This document shows, one piece after another, positions 32,357 to 42,580 of a stretch of 64,000 bases of DNA. Position 1 is the stretch's first letter. The number at the start of each line of letters is the position of its first letter. A model generated the notes under the pieces. That model ran no database searches. It was not told the origin of the DNA and saw only the letters and a program-made list of their open reading frames with translations. The position numbers were made by a program, and so were the translations under genes. The stretch comes from an uncultured Spirochaetota bacterium (GTDB lineage Bacteria > Spirochaetota > Spirochaetia > SZUA-6 > Fen-1364), in assembly GCA_963781885.1 (NCBI GenBank), contig CAWAHW010000003.1, positions 32,001 through 96,000 on the forward strand, in the 5' to 3' direction.

Positions 32357-32782
32357 ATGCGCGACGTGCTCCGCCCCTTCACGATGAACGATTACGACGC
32401 GGCCGTCGCGCTCTGGAAGACGGCAGAGGGCATCGGCCTGAGCGAGGCCGACAGCCGGGAAAACATCGCGCACTACCTCGCGGTGAACCCGGGGATGAGC
32501 CAGGTTGCCGAGGAGGACGGCATCATCGTCGGCGCCGTGTTGTGCGGGACCGACGGGCGCCGGGGCTTCCTCCACCACCTCGCCGTTTCCCCCGCGCATC
32601 GCCGCGCCGGGCTGGGCCGCGCGCTCGTGGACGCGTGCCTCGCGCGGCTGGCGGAGGCGGGCATGCGGAAATGCCACATCTTCGTGCTGGCGGACAACGC
32701 GGAAGGCCAACGCTTCTGGGCGAAAATCGGTTGGGAGGAGCGCACAACCCTGAAGGTCATGTCGCACGACGTCGTGAGCTGA
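32357..32782 (+). CDS. GNAT N-acetyltransferase (YpeA-like)
   Basis: GTDGRRGFLHHLAVSPAHRRAGLGRAL acetyl-CoA motif A. Confidence 0.88.
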   Translation: MRDVLRPFTMNDYDAAVALWKTAEGIGLSEADSRENIAHYLAVNPGMSQVAEEDGIIVGAVLCGTDGRRGFLHHLAVSPAHRRAGLGRALVDACLARLAEAGMRKCHIFVLADNAEGQRFWAKIGWEERTTLKVMSHDVVS

Positions 32783-32874
32783 GCCGGGCCGGGCGCACGG
32801 CCGGCCGGCGCGCGGGTCGGCGCCCGACATCGATCCCCCGTCATGCTATACTCTCTTCATAAGGAGAGAATGGC

Positions 32875-35586
32875 ATGGCTTCCCCCGGCAAGGATCAGCC
32901 GACGTTCAAGGACAACCTTATCCGCGAGGGGATCGCGCCGGATGAGATCCAGAAGGTCTACAAGACGCTGAAGGAAAAGGGCTACGGCGACGAAGAGGCG
33001 CGCCGCCGTTCCCGCGCGGCGCTGGAGAGGCTGAAAGCGCAGCGCGAGATGGAAGAACGGCGCAAGGCGTCGGCGGCCTCCGCGCCGCGCATCGGCGCCG
33101 CGACACGGACCAGCTCCGGGCCCCTGCCGGTCGAGGCGGAGAGCGCCCGACGCGCCGTGGACATGCTGCCGGAAGTGCCGCCGTGGCTGCGGCGGAAGAT
33201 CAACCGATACGCGTTTCGGGGCGGCTTCCTCATCACGCGCGTCGCGGAGCGGTGGAGCGACTTCCGAAGCTACTTCGACGCCAAGAGGCCCGATTTCGTG
33301 AGCGGAGCCTTTCTCCGGCTGATGGCCGATGCCCGCGGCTACCGCGGGGCCAACCCGTACCGCCTCTCTTTCGTGGACAACCTGGACGCGCTGCACGACA
33401 GCGCCGCGAGGCTCCTCGGCGTGCGACCGGCCGCGCTGGACGGGCAGTCACCCGTCATCGCCGCCCTCAAAGCAAAGGAACCCTTTGCCGTCGCCTTCTT
33501 TTCGGCCTTCACCCAGCCGCAGGACATGCTCCGCCGCAGTCTCGACTACCTGGAAGCGAACCACCTCGCGCATTCCCGGGTGCCGGTCTCGGCGCTCGCG
33601 CGGGTGGTGAAAGACGGCTACCGGCTTTTCCTGATTACCGATGCGCTGGAGAAGGAGAAACTGGAGACGCTCCTGGACATCGTGCGCCAGGCGAATCTGG
33701 AGCACCAGCACGGCGCCGCCGCCGCGCAGGAGCTCACCGAGGCGGAGGGGCTCTTCCGCGCGTGTTTCCAGAATCTCCGCCGTTTCGCGCACGAGCTTTA
33801 CCCGGCCCTGTTAAAGATGATCGCCGCCTTCTTCGAGGAGTCGGACGGCCGTCCCGAGAAGATCAGGACGATCTGGGAGTTCGTCGGCGTGCGGGAGGAG
33901 GACCTCCTTGCCTGGGAAGGCTGGCAGCGTCGGATGGAGGCGCTCCGGGAGAAAGAGCTGCGGGAAAAGCAGGAACGGGAGCTGGCAAAGCTGGAGCAGG
34001 AGAAGACCGAGCAGTTCAGCCAGCGCTTCGAGGGCACGCTCACCATGATGTCCTCCGTGTTCCCCGGCTCGGGAGTGGAGCGCATCGAGCAGGGCGCGTT
34101 CCTTCTGCCCTATTTCGCACACCGCATCTTCGGCCGCACCTCCGTGTTCCAGGCGCGCGCCACCGACATCGAGAAGCTGTCCTCCGCCGACGTGATGTCG
34201 CTCGTGATCGTCCTCCATTCCATCCTCGATGACATGCTCTCCTCCCTCGATGCCTATGCCCTGGAAAAGATCGTCGGCCGGGAAGGCCTGGCGGCGGAGA
34301 TGGTGGGGCTGCGCGATTCCTGGCGCGACGCCTATCCGAAGCTCTTCGAGCCTTACCTGGACGCGGTGGGCGAGTTTTCGCGCGAGACAGGGGGGAATAT
34401 CCGTTACGCCCTCCTTTTCCGGGAGAGCGCGCGGGCGCGGAGCATCGAGGAGAAGATCAACCAGCTGCGCGCCCGCGCGATCCGGCACTTCGGGCACGTG
34501 TTCACCGAGCGCGACCAGTTCGACGGCCCGAAGCTCTACGAGCTTGCCGCCCGACTTTCGCCTCTCCTCACCGAGGCCGGTGAGGCGATCAACCAGGCGG
34601 CCCTTGCCGCCGAGGACCCGGTGAGCCGCAAGGTGATCGCGGATCTGCGCGTGCATGGCATCGTGGACTTCGTATCGAGCGCCCGCACGGGAACCGTGGA
34701 CTATCGGCCGGTCACCCGGCAGATCAAGCGGTGGATCGAGGCGCGCTTCCGCGAGACGGTCCTGGAGATTCCGCAGAAAGCCCAGGTGGCTTTCATGGAC
34801 GCCTTCCGCGGCGTCGCCTACATGTATGACTCCCTTCTCAACGAGCCGACGAGCCCTGCCCTGCGCGCCGGGCACTCGCTGGTGACCGCCTCGACCGCGG
34901 ACCACGAGGCGTGGGCCCGGGAGCAGTCGGTGGGGGCGCGGGATTCCATGGCGGCGCTTCAGGCCACGCTCATGGAGCAGTTCCCCGGGCAGTTCGTCGA
35001 CGCCCTCACGGGGCTGAAGAACAAGGACTACTTCCTGAACGAGCTTCCCCGGCACCTCAAACGGCTGCGCGCCCACCGCGCGCCCCTGGCCTTCCTCATG
35101 ATCGACATCGATCACTTCAAGTGGGTGAATGACGCCCTCGGCCACCCCCGCGGCGACGAGGTGCTGCAGGCAACCGCGGGCATGATCCTGGACAATGTCC
35201 GGGAAGGGGACCTCGCGGTCCGCTATGGCGGGGAAGAGATCCTCATCGTGGTGCCGTCGGACCTCCACACCGGCATCATCCTCGCCGAGCGCCTGCGATT
35301 CGCGCAGGAGAGCCGCGTGCTCGCGCGGGACGCGATGCAGGACGTGCGCAAGGTCGGCGAAGAGGGGGGCGCGCCCTGCGGCACGCTTTCCATCGGCGTC
35401 GCCGAGGTCGGCGGGATCGTGGACGTCCAGAAGGCGGTGGAGAAGGTGGACAAGGCGTTGTATGCCGCGAAGCTGGGCAGGAACGCGGTGGTCTTTGTGG
35501 ACCCCGAAAAGGGCGACAAGGCGGTGGGGAACCTCACGTCCTACACGGAATATCGCAAGAAGGCGGGCTCGTCGCCCGCGTTGTAG
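32875..35586 (+). CDS. diguanylate cyclase (GGDEF) with ~700-aa uncharacterised N-terminal region
   Basis: C-terminal DALTGL, MIDIDHFKWVND..GH..GD, RYGGEE, SIGVA, ALYAAK..GRN; AAGGAG RBS. Confidence 0.88.
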   Translation: MASPGKDQPTFKDNLIREGIAPDEIQKVYKTLKEKGYGDEEARRRSRAALERLKAQREMEERRKASAASAPRIGAATRTSSGPLPVEAESARRAVDMLPEVPPWLRRKINRYAFRGGFLITRVAERWSDFRSYFDAKRPDFVSGAFLRLMADARGYRGANPYRLSFVDNLDALHDSAARLLGVRPAALDGQSPVIAALKAKEPFAVAFFSAFTQPQDMLRRSLDYLEANHLAHSRVPVSALARVVKDGYRLFLITDALEKEKLETLLDIVRQANLEHQHGAAAAQELTEAEGLFRACFQNLRRFAHELYPALLKMIAAFFEESDGRPEKIRTIWEFVGVREEDLLAWEGWQRRMEALREKELREKQERELAKLEQEKTEQFSQRFEGTLTMMSSVFPGSGVERIEQGAFLLPYFAHRIFGRTSVFQARATDIEKLSSADVMSLVIVLHSILDDMLSSLDAYALEKIVGREGLAAEMVGLRDSWRDAYPKLFEPYLDAVGEFSRETGGNIRYALLFRESARARSIEEKINQLRARAIRHFGHVFTERDQFDGPKLYELAARLSPLLTEAGEAINQAALAAEDPVSRKVIADLRVHGIVDFVSSARTGTVDYRPVTRQIKRWIEARFRETVLEIPQKAQVAFMDAFRGVAYMYDSLLNEPTSPALRAGHSLVTASTADHEAWAREQSVGARDSMAALQATLMEQFPGQFVDALTGLKNKDYFLNELPRHLKRLRAHRAPLAFLMIDIDHFKWVNDALGHPRGDEVLQATAGMILDNVREGDLAVRYGGEEILIVVPSDLHTGIILAERLRFAQESRVLARDAMQDVRKVGEEGGAPCGTLSIGVAEVGGIVDVQKAVEKVDKALYAAKLGRNAVVFVDPEKGDKAVGNLTSYTEYRKKAGSSPAL

Positions 35587-35709
35587 AGGACTCAAGCGGC
35601 GAAAAGCCCTTGCACCCGGTAAGGGATTTCATAATACTAGACGTGACGGGCATGCCTTCGGCAACGCGCACCCCCCCGCATGCACGAGACGAGAGAAGGA
35701 GTCACGGAA

Positions 35710-36507
35710 ATGGCAGAAAAAGCAACGTCTGCTTCTATAGCAGATTCGAGCAAGCCGAATGCGGGCCGGATCTACGACTTCCTTCTCGGCGGCAATCACA
35801 ACTTCGAGGTGGACAGGCTCGCCGCGCAGCAGCTCCTGCATGTCGCCCCGTTCCTGCCGAAGCTCGTCCGGGTCATCCGCTGGTTCCTGGGCGAGGCGGT
35901 GCACCGTCTCACCGATGCCGGCTACACGCAGTTCATTGATTTCGCCTCCGGTCTGCCGACCATCGACCACATCAACCACATCGCCCCCCCGGGGACGAAG
36001 GTGATTTATTCCGACATCGATCCGGTGACGGTGGCCTACGGCCAGCAAATCATCAAGGACGACCCGAATGTGCGCTACGTCGTCTGTGACGCCGAAAAGC
36101 CGGAAGCGCTGCTGGCGTCCTCGGTCGTGTCCCAGTTTTTTGAAAGCGACAAGCCGGTCGCGATCGGTTACAACGGCATCTGCTACTTCGTGAGCGATGA
36201 CGCCATTCGCCACGCGCTCAGCGTCCTGCACGCCTGGGCGCCGGCGGGCTCCCGGCTTTTCCTCTGCGACTTCGACGCGGCGGTTCCCACGCCCGCCATT
36301 GAGACCATCCTCAAGCTCTACGAGCAGATGGGGCAGCCGGGCTACCGGCGCACGCGCGCGAAGCTGGAGGAGCTCACCCGTCCCTGGAAGGTGGCGGCAC
36401 CCGGCGTCATGCTGCTGGAGGACTGGATCTCCGTGAATAAGGACGTCGCCGAGGACACGACCAGCGCATTCGGCGGCGTGCTCAACGGCATGATCCTGGA
36501 AAAGTGA
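35710..36507 (+). CDS. SAM-dependent methyltransferase, PF04672 (Methyltransf_19/DUF574)-like
   Basis: DSSKPNAGRIYDFLLGG.HNFEVDR, QFIDFASGLPT, YSDIDP, PGSRL. Confidence 0.85.
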   Translation: MAEKATSASIADSSKPNAGRIYDFLLGGNHNFEVDRLAAQQLLHVAPFLPKLVRVIRWFLGEAVHRLTDAGYTQFIDFASGLPTIDHINHIAPPGTKVIYSDIDPVTVAYGQQIIKDDPNVRYVVCDAEKPEALLASSVVSQFFESDKPVAIGYNGICYFVSDDAIRHALSVLHAWAPAGSRLFLCDFDAAVPTPAIETILKLYEQMGQPGYRRTRAKLEELTRPWKVAAPGVMLLEDWISVNKDVAEDTTSAFGGVLNGMILEK

Positions 36508-38464
36508 GCCCGGCGGCCGAATCCCTTCGGGCACGGGAGAGCGCGCTCGCGGGGATCTTCAGAAGCTCCTCCGCGACAACGCCTTTGAGAACCGCTACGC
36601 GATGCACCCGCGGCGGCTGGCGGAGCTGGGGGGTGAGCTCGCTCGCTTCTTCATCCAGTCCGTCACGGAGCGCGGCGGCAGCGATGCCTTCTCCTTCGGG
36701 CAGGAGCTCGCGCGCACCGGCCTCGGGGAAAAGACGCTCATCCTCCTCACGCAGCTCATGCCGCGCTTCTGCCGACGCGAGCTCCCCGGCTCCCCCGACG
36801 TCGATGTCATCCTCCAGCAGGTCGACGCGGCCTCCCTTGCGCTGCTCAGCGGCTTCATGAAGTTCCGCGAGAGCCAGATCCTCTCCGACCAGGAGCAGCT
36901 CCGCCGCGCGCTTGCCACCGCGCTGGAGAACCAGAGCCAGGAGCTCCTGGTGAAGAATCACGCCATCAATACCTCCATCAACGGGATCATCCTCGCCGAC
37001 CTGGGGGGAAAGGTGACCTGGGTGAACTCGTCCTTCCTTCAGATGTGGGGCTACGCGTCGGCGGCGGAGGCGATCGGGCTCGACATTGGCGGTCTCTGGG
37101 TCGGGGAGGAGGACCGCCGGATCGTCCAGCTCCTGTCGCGCACGGGGGGATGGCGCGGCGAGCTCACCGCGCGGCGGAAGGACGGCTTGTCCTTCAGCAT
37201 CGAGGTCTCCTCGTCGCTCGTGCGCAACGAGGAGGGGGGCGCCATTGGCCTCATGGCCTCCGTCATCGACATCACGGAGCGCAAGAGGCTGCAGTCGCAG
37301 ATCATCCAGGCCCAGAAGATGGAAGCCCTCGGACAACTGGCCGGCGGCATCACGCACGATTTCAACAACCTCCTCACCGCCATCAGCGGCTACCTCCAGC
37401 TCCTCCTCCTGAGCGCGCCGCAGGACCCGCAGATGCAGAAGGACCTCCAGCAGATCAAGACCGCGGTGGACCGGGGCTCGGGCCTCACCCAGCAGCTGCG
37501 CTTCTTCACGCGCCAGGCGGCCGGCACACGCCAGATCATATCGTTGAACGACGTGGCCAACGAGACGTACGGCATCTTCCACCGCACCTTCCCGCCCGAG
37601 ATCACCGTGGAGCTCGCCCTTGCCTCCACGCTCTGGACCGTCGAGGCGGACCCCAACCAGATGAGCCAGGTGATGGTGAACCTGTGCGTAAATGCCCGGG
37701 ACGCGATAACGCAGTCGGGCGCGCACGCCGCCGGCGGAAAGCTCCGCATCGAGACGGCCAATGTCGCGCTCTCCCGCGACCAGGCGGAGAGATACGTAAA
37801 CGCCGTGGAGGGCCGTTACGTCGTCCTGAAGGTGATCGATACCGGCATCGGCATGCCGCCGGAGCTGCTGGAGAAGCTTTTCGTTCCCTTCATCACCACG
37901 AAGGGACCGAAGAGCGGCACGGGGCTCGGTCTTGCGGTCGTCTATGGCATCGTGGCGAGTCACCACGGCTTCATCGACGTGCGGAGCGCCGTGGGAAAGG
38001 GATCGACCTTCGAGGTCTACCTGCCCGTCGCGGATCGCGAAGCGTCCCGGGTCGCCGCGGAGGCACCCGGCGGGGCATTCGCGGCCGGTCGCGGCAAGAT
38101 CCTCGTGGTCGACGACGAGGCGCAGGTACGGGAGGTCATCTGCCGCACCTTCACCGCGTGCGGGTACATCGCCGTCCCCGCCGGCAACGGGCGCGACGCC
38201 CTGGAGCTCTGCCGCCAGCAGGGTGATTTCAACCTCGTCGTCCTCGACATGGTGATGCCCGACATGGGCGGACGGGAGTGCCTGGCGGGTCTGCGCGCGC
38301 TGCGCCCCAACCTCGCCGTCATCATCGTGACCGGCTATACGGCCGACGGGTCCGCGCTGGAGCTCCTCAAGGAAGGCGCCTGCGAGGTGCTGGAGAAGCC
38401 GATCGATCTCATGGCGCTCACGAAGACAGTCCAGAAACAGCTGCGCGGCGCCCCCGCCTGCTGA
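36504..38464 (+). CDS. PAS hybrid histidine kinase/response regulator with helical N-terminal domain; probable frameshift at 36551-36554
   Basis: GTG 36504 overlaps the MTase TGA. One extra G gives ...LAGDLQKLLRDNAFENRYAMHPRR joining ORF 36602. THDFNNLL, NARDA, GTGLGL, REC DMVMP. Confidence 0.88.
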
Positions 38465-38473
38465 CTCGCCCGG

Positions 38474-39805
38474 TCAAGGGCCCGTTCCCTCCGTCGATTC
38501 CCGGAAATCCGCCAGCCTGCGGGAGACCTCATCGGGCACGCGCGCGCGCAGCCGGACGCCCTCCGCGAGGTCCTCCTGGCTTCGGACCGACCCCCGGTCG
38601 TAAACGAGCCGCACGAGGTCGTAGCGGGCGTAGGGGAGGAGCAGGCTCACGTCGACCAGGCCGTCATCGAGGAGCTTCTCCATCTTCGAGAGGAGAGCGG
38701 GCAGCCCCGCGCCCGTGCGCGCGCTGATGGAAAGGGCATGCTCGTGCGTTCCCCCGAGCACGGCCGACATGCCGCCCGCGGGCAGGAGGTCCGCCTTGTT
38801 CCAGGCGAGGAGGCGCGGGGTTGCTGCCACTTTCAACCCGCCGAGCACCGTTTCCACGGCGGCGATCTGCTCGGTCGCGTGGGGATGGGAGCCGTCGACG
38901 ACGTGCACGATGAGCGAAGCCTCCTCTATTCCTTCCAGGGTGGAGCGGAATGCCGCCACCAGGTCGTGGGGAAGCTTGCGGATGAAGCCGACGGTGTCCG
39001 TGAGAAGGGACTCCCTGCCGCCGGGCAGCGACAGGCGGCGCGTCGCGGGGTCCAGCGTCGCAAAGAGCTTGTCCTGGACGAGGACCCCCGCGTCCGTGAG
39101 CGCATTCATGAGGGAGCTTTTACCGGCATTCGTGTAGCCCACGAGGGCGATCATGGGGAGGCCGGCGCGCTGCCGGTCGTCGCGGTGGCGCAGGCGCTGA
39201 CCGCGGAGCTCCTCCAGGCCCCGCCGCAGCACGGCAATCCGTCGCCGCGCCTGCCTGCGGTCCAGCTCCAGCTGCGTCTCGCCGGGTCCGCGCAGCCCCA
39301 CGGGGCCCGCACCCGAACCGCCGACCTGTTGGGAAAGACCCAACCGCATGCCCGCCAGGCGCGGAAGCAGGTATTGGTACTGCGCGAGCTCCACCTGCAG
39401 CTTGCCTTCCCGCGAGTGCGCGTGCTGACCGAATATGTCGAGGATGAGCCGTGTGCGGTCGATGACGCGGATGCCTTCGCCGAGCCCCTCTTCGAGCTTC
39501 CGCTGCTGTCCCGGCGAAAGCTCGTCATCGAAGAGCACGTAGCGCGCGTTGCACGAATCCACGAGCTCCTTCACCTCCTGGACTTTTCCCGAACCGATCC
39601 AGGTGCGGGCGTTCGGCCGTCCGAGCTTCTGCCAGGTGGCGCCGGCAACCGATAGGCCGGCGGTTTCGGCGAGCTTGCCAAGCTCGTCAAGGGAATCCTT
39701 GATGCTCCACGTTGAGGTGGCGTCTTTCAGCTCGACGCCGACCAGGACGGCAAGGTCTCCGGGCCCCGGACCCATCGCTTCCTGGGTGAGAAAGTCTTTC
39801 TGCAT
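38474..39805 (-). CDS. hflX: ribosome-splitting GTPase HflX
   Basis: GPGETQLELDRR, GYTNAGKS, LFATLD, DTVGFI, NKAD. Confidence 0.95.
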   Translation of the reverse strand: MQKDFLTQEAMGPGPGDLAVLVGVELKDATSTWSIKDSLDELGKLAETAGLSVAGATWQKLGRPNARTWIGSGKVQEVKELVDSCNARYVLFDDELSPGQQRKLEEGLGEGIRVIDRTRLILDIFGQHAHSREGKLQVELAQYQYLLPRLAGMRLGLSQQVGGSGAGPVGLRGPGETQLELDRRQARRRIAVLRRGLEELRGQRLRHRDDRQRAGLPMIALVGYTNAGKSSLMNALTDAGVLVQDKLFATLDPATRRLSLPGGRESLLTDTVGFIRKLPHDLVAAFRSTLEGIEEASLIVHVVDGSHPHATEQIAAVETVLGGLKVAATPRLLAWNKADLLPAGGMSAVLGGTHEHALSISARTGAGLPALLSKMEKLLDDGLVDVSLLLPYARYDLVRLVYDRGSVRSQEDLAEGVRLRARVPDEVSRRLADFRESTEGTGP

Positions 39806-39826
39806 GCTCTCCAGACAATACAGGAT

Positions 39827-41047
39827 TCAGTCCGCGGCGGCGAGCCCCGCGATGCGTCCCGTGCTCCATGCGGCCTGGAGGTTGAAGCCTCCCGTGAAAC
39901 CGTCGACGTCCAGGAGCTCGCCGCAGAAGAAGAGGCCGGGCACGATCCGCGATTCCATGCTCCGCTGGTCCACCTCCGTCAGGTCCACCCCACCGGCAGT
40001 CACCATCTCCTCCCCCTTGTCGCGGTCGACGATCGTGAGCGGCAGCCGGTCCATCAGCTCGACGAGCGACTTCCTTTGCGCGCGCGTGAGCACGGAGGCC
40101 GCGGCATCAGGGGAGATGCCGGCCAGCTCCAGGACCGTCTGGGCAAGGGATCGCGGCATGAGACCGCGCAGCGTGGAGAGGATCTGCTGTCGCGGCCTGT
40201 CGCGGACGGCGTCCATCAACCGGCTTTCGATGGCCTGCCGGTCGTGATCCTCCAGCACGGAAAGCCGCAGTTGCAACGGCGCGCGAGGGGACAGGGGAAG
40301 AAAGGCGCAGCGCGAGGAGACGCGGAACACGACGGGCCCTGAAATGCCTTTGTGCGTGAAAACAAGGCCGCCAGTCTCCTGCAGCGGCCGCATCCCCTCG
40401 GGATGGGCATCGACGCGCGCCCGGGGCAGCGACAGGCCCGCAAGACGCCCCGGCCAGGATTCCGCCGCGGTGAGACCCGTCAGCGCCGGGGCAAGAGGGG
40501 TCACCCGGTGACCGAGGGCCAGCGCGAGGCCGTAGCCCGAGCCCCGCGCATTCCGCCAGTCCCCTCCCGTGGCGAGGACGACGCGGTCGAAAGGTTCTTT
40601 CCCGCGCGGCGTTGCAACCAGAAAGCCCTCCGGCGCGCGGGCGATCGACGTGATCGGCTGCCGCGCGGAGATCTTCACGCCCGCCGCGTGCGCCTGTCCC
40701 TGGAGAAGGTCCCGCACGTCCTGTGCCTTGCCGGACCGGGGAAAGATCCTTCCTTCCTCCTCCTCCACGAGCGGCAATCCGCGGGAGCGGAACCAGTCCA
40801 TGGTCTCCGTCGGGCCGAAACGGGAAAAGGCTGAAAGGAGAAAGCTTCCGCCGCGCGGATAATGTGCCGCCATTCGCTTCCCTTCCGATGAGGCATTCGT
40901 GAGATTGCAGCGGCCGCCGCCGGTCCTCAGGATCGTCGCAAGGGGAACGGCCGCGTCGAAAACAAAGACGGCGGCGCCCTTCTCCTGCGCGGCAAGAGCG
41001 GCCATGATTCCCGCGGGCCCGGCGCCCGCCACGGCAATGCGCGGCAT
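39827..41047 (-). CDS. HI0933/YhiN (BaiN-like) NAD(P)/FAD-dependent oxidoreductase
   Basis: GAGPAG, TGGGRCNLTN, GRIFP, FTHKGISGP, VTAGGV, DVDGFTGGFNLQAAWSTG. Confidence 0.9.
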   Translation of the reverse strand: MPRIAVAGAGPAGIMAALAAQEKGAAVFVFDAAVPLATILRTGGGRCNLTNASSEGKRMAAHYPRGGSFLLSAFSRFGPTETMDWFRSRGLPLVEEEEGRIFPRSGKAQDVRDLLQGQAHAAGVKISARQPITSIARAPEGFLVATPRGKEPFDRVVLATGGDWRNARGSGYGLALALGHRVTPLAPALTGLTAAESWPGRLAGLSLPRARVDAHPEGMRPLQETGGLVFTHKGISGPVVFRVSSRCAFLPLSPRAPLQLRLSVLEDHDRQAIESRLMDAVRDRPRQQILSTLRGLMPRSLAQTVLELAGISPDAAASVLTRAQRKSLVELMDRLPLTIVDRDKGEEMVTAGGVDLTEVDQRSMESRIVPGLFFCGELLDVDGFTGGFNLQAAWSTGRIAGLAAAD

Positions 41048-41295
41048 GGGAGGAGTGTAGCAGGCCTGTTCTGCCGATAGCAATTCTCATTATGGTGACC
41101 GAGGGACGCAGTTCTCATTTTGTTCCCATGGTAGAAGGGCTTTTTTCATATGAAAGTGCCCGCCCGTCAGCTCCGGATGGTCCAAAATGAGACAATATGA
41201 AGTGCCCCCAGGTGGTTGCTACAACGTGGATCGGCCGTATCATGAGATTGGCGTCTCGATGCGGCACGCCACAAACAACGCACAAGGGGGCAGTC

Positions 41296-42390
41296 ATGGG
41301 TATTGTACATTACGTTGGCATGGACGTCGACAAAGAAAAGATCGCCATAGCGATCCTGAGCGGGCGCGATCAGAAGCCGAGGGCCGAGACGGTGATTCGC
41401 AATGAAAAGAGCGTAATCCAGGCCTATTTCAAGAAGCTCCAGTCCGCGGGGGACCTGGTGACATGCTACGAGGCGGGATGTCTAGGGTATTCCCTGTATC
41501 GACAATTGACGGAACTGGGTGTGCCGTGTGCGGTGCTGGCTCCGTCTCAGATTCCACATCGTCCGGGAGATCGCATAAAGACCGATAGAAGGGACGCTGT
41601 GATGCTTGCTCGCGCACTTCGGAGCGGGGATGTGAGTGCCGTTCATGTACCCACGCGGGAAGACGAAGCGGTTCGCGACTATCTACGAATGCTGGAGGAC
41701 ATGAAGTCCGATCTGCGCAAGGCCAAGCAGCGCGTGCTGGGTTTTCTTCTGCGGAGGCGGATACGTTATGAACAAGGAGCCACATGGACGCAGCCGCATC
41801 GAGCATGGTTGCAGGCTCTTGAGTTGGAGGATCCGCTGGAGCAGTTGACTCTCACCGAGTACCGCTGCCAAGTCGACGAGCTGGAGGAGAAGTGTCGGCG
41901 GATCAAGGCGGGCATCGAAGAGATCGCGGCACGTAAAAGCTATGCCGAACCTGTAGCCAAGCTGAAGGCGTTCAAGGGCGTGGAGACGCTGATCGCCTTG
42001 TCGCTTGTTTCGGAGATCGGGGACTTTCGGCGCTTTGCAGGTGCGGATCAATTCATGGCGTTTTTGGGGTTGGTGCCCTCCGAGCGATCCAGCGGAAACA
42101 AGAGGCGCTTGGGAGGAATCACAAAGGCGGGTAATTCCCACCTGCGCAAACTTCTGGTGGAGGCCGCCTGGCAATACCGCAGCTACCATCCCAGTAGCAC
42201 TCGGTTGATGAAACGACGCGAGGGTCTTTCTCCATCCTTGGTCAGCTATGCCAACCGTGCGTGCAGGCGGCTAAACAAGAAATTTCTGCGTCTGCTTTTT
42301 CGCGGCAAAGCTTCTCAGACCGTGGTGACGGCGGTGGCGCGAGAGCTCTCGGGGTTCCTGTGGGGCGCGATGGTTGATCGGGTGGCTTGA
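41296..42390 (+). CDS. IS110-family DEDD transposase/recombinase
   Basis: YVGMDVDK, CYEAG, IKTDRRDA (DEDD), GLVPSERSSG...GGITKAGN..LR..LVEAAW, VTAVAREL. Confidence 0.95.
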   Translation: MGIVHYVGMDVDKEKIAIAILSGRDQKPRAETVIRNEKSVIQAYFKKLQSAGDLVTCYEAGCLGYSLYRQLTELGVPCAVLAPSQIPHRPGDRIKTDRRDAVMLARALRSGDVSAVHVPTREDEAVRDYLRMLEDMKSDLRKAKQRVLGFLLRRRIRYEQGATWTQPHRAWLQALELEDPLEQLTLTEYRCQVDELEEKCRRIKAGIEEIAARKSYAEPVAKLKAFKGVETLIALSLVSEIGDFRRFAGADQFMAFLGLVPSERSSGNKRRLGGITKAGNSHLRKLLVEAAWQYRSYHPSSTRLMKRREGLSPSLVSYANRACRRLNKKFLRLLFRGKASQTVVTAVARELSGFLWGAMVDRVA

Positions 42391-42439
42391 GGAGGCTGCG
42401 TATGCAATCGAGGCAACCGGGACGGATGGGGAAGGTTCG

Positions 42440-42580
42440 TGGCGAACGGAGAATCCTCGAGCGGTTCTGCAGGCAGACTATGGTCTGATCCTGGTAATGA
42501 GACGGAGGCAAGCTCCTGACGATCACATTGGCCTGCGGTAACCAATCCACGCATATCAGACTGGTCGATCGTCGGTTATG
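42440..42580 (+). ncRNA. putative bridge/seek RNA of the IS (target- and donor-binding loops)
   Basis: Loop 1: CCTC..AGCGGTTCT..CAGG-CAGAC(TATG)GTCTG-CCTG..AATGAGA..GAGG, matching both strands of the target. Loop 2: closed by GACGATC/GATCGTC and containing CATATCAGAC, identical to the circle junction. Ends are approximate. Confidence 0.75.

Noticed and set aside
29716-32382. Apparent 888-aa MFS-adenosine deaminase fusion
   Set aside because: Deleting one base in the run at 30808-30810 ends the MFS at TGA 30777-30779. add has its own -35/-10-like boxes and ATG, and the window has many similar homopolymer indels.
41080-41122. ATAATGAGAATTG / AAAATGAGAA as Fur- or PerR-like boxes
   Set aside because: They are better explained as the repeated motifs of the direct-repeat-flanked 120-bp element, with identical spacing at 9792-9912. 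Incidental regulator binding cannot be excluded.
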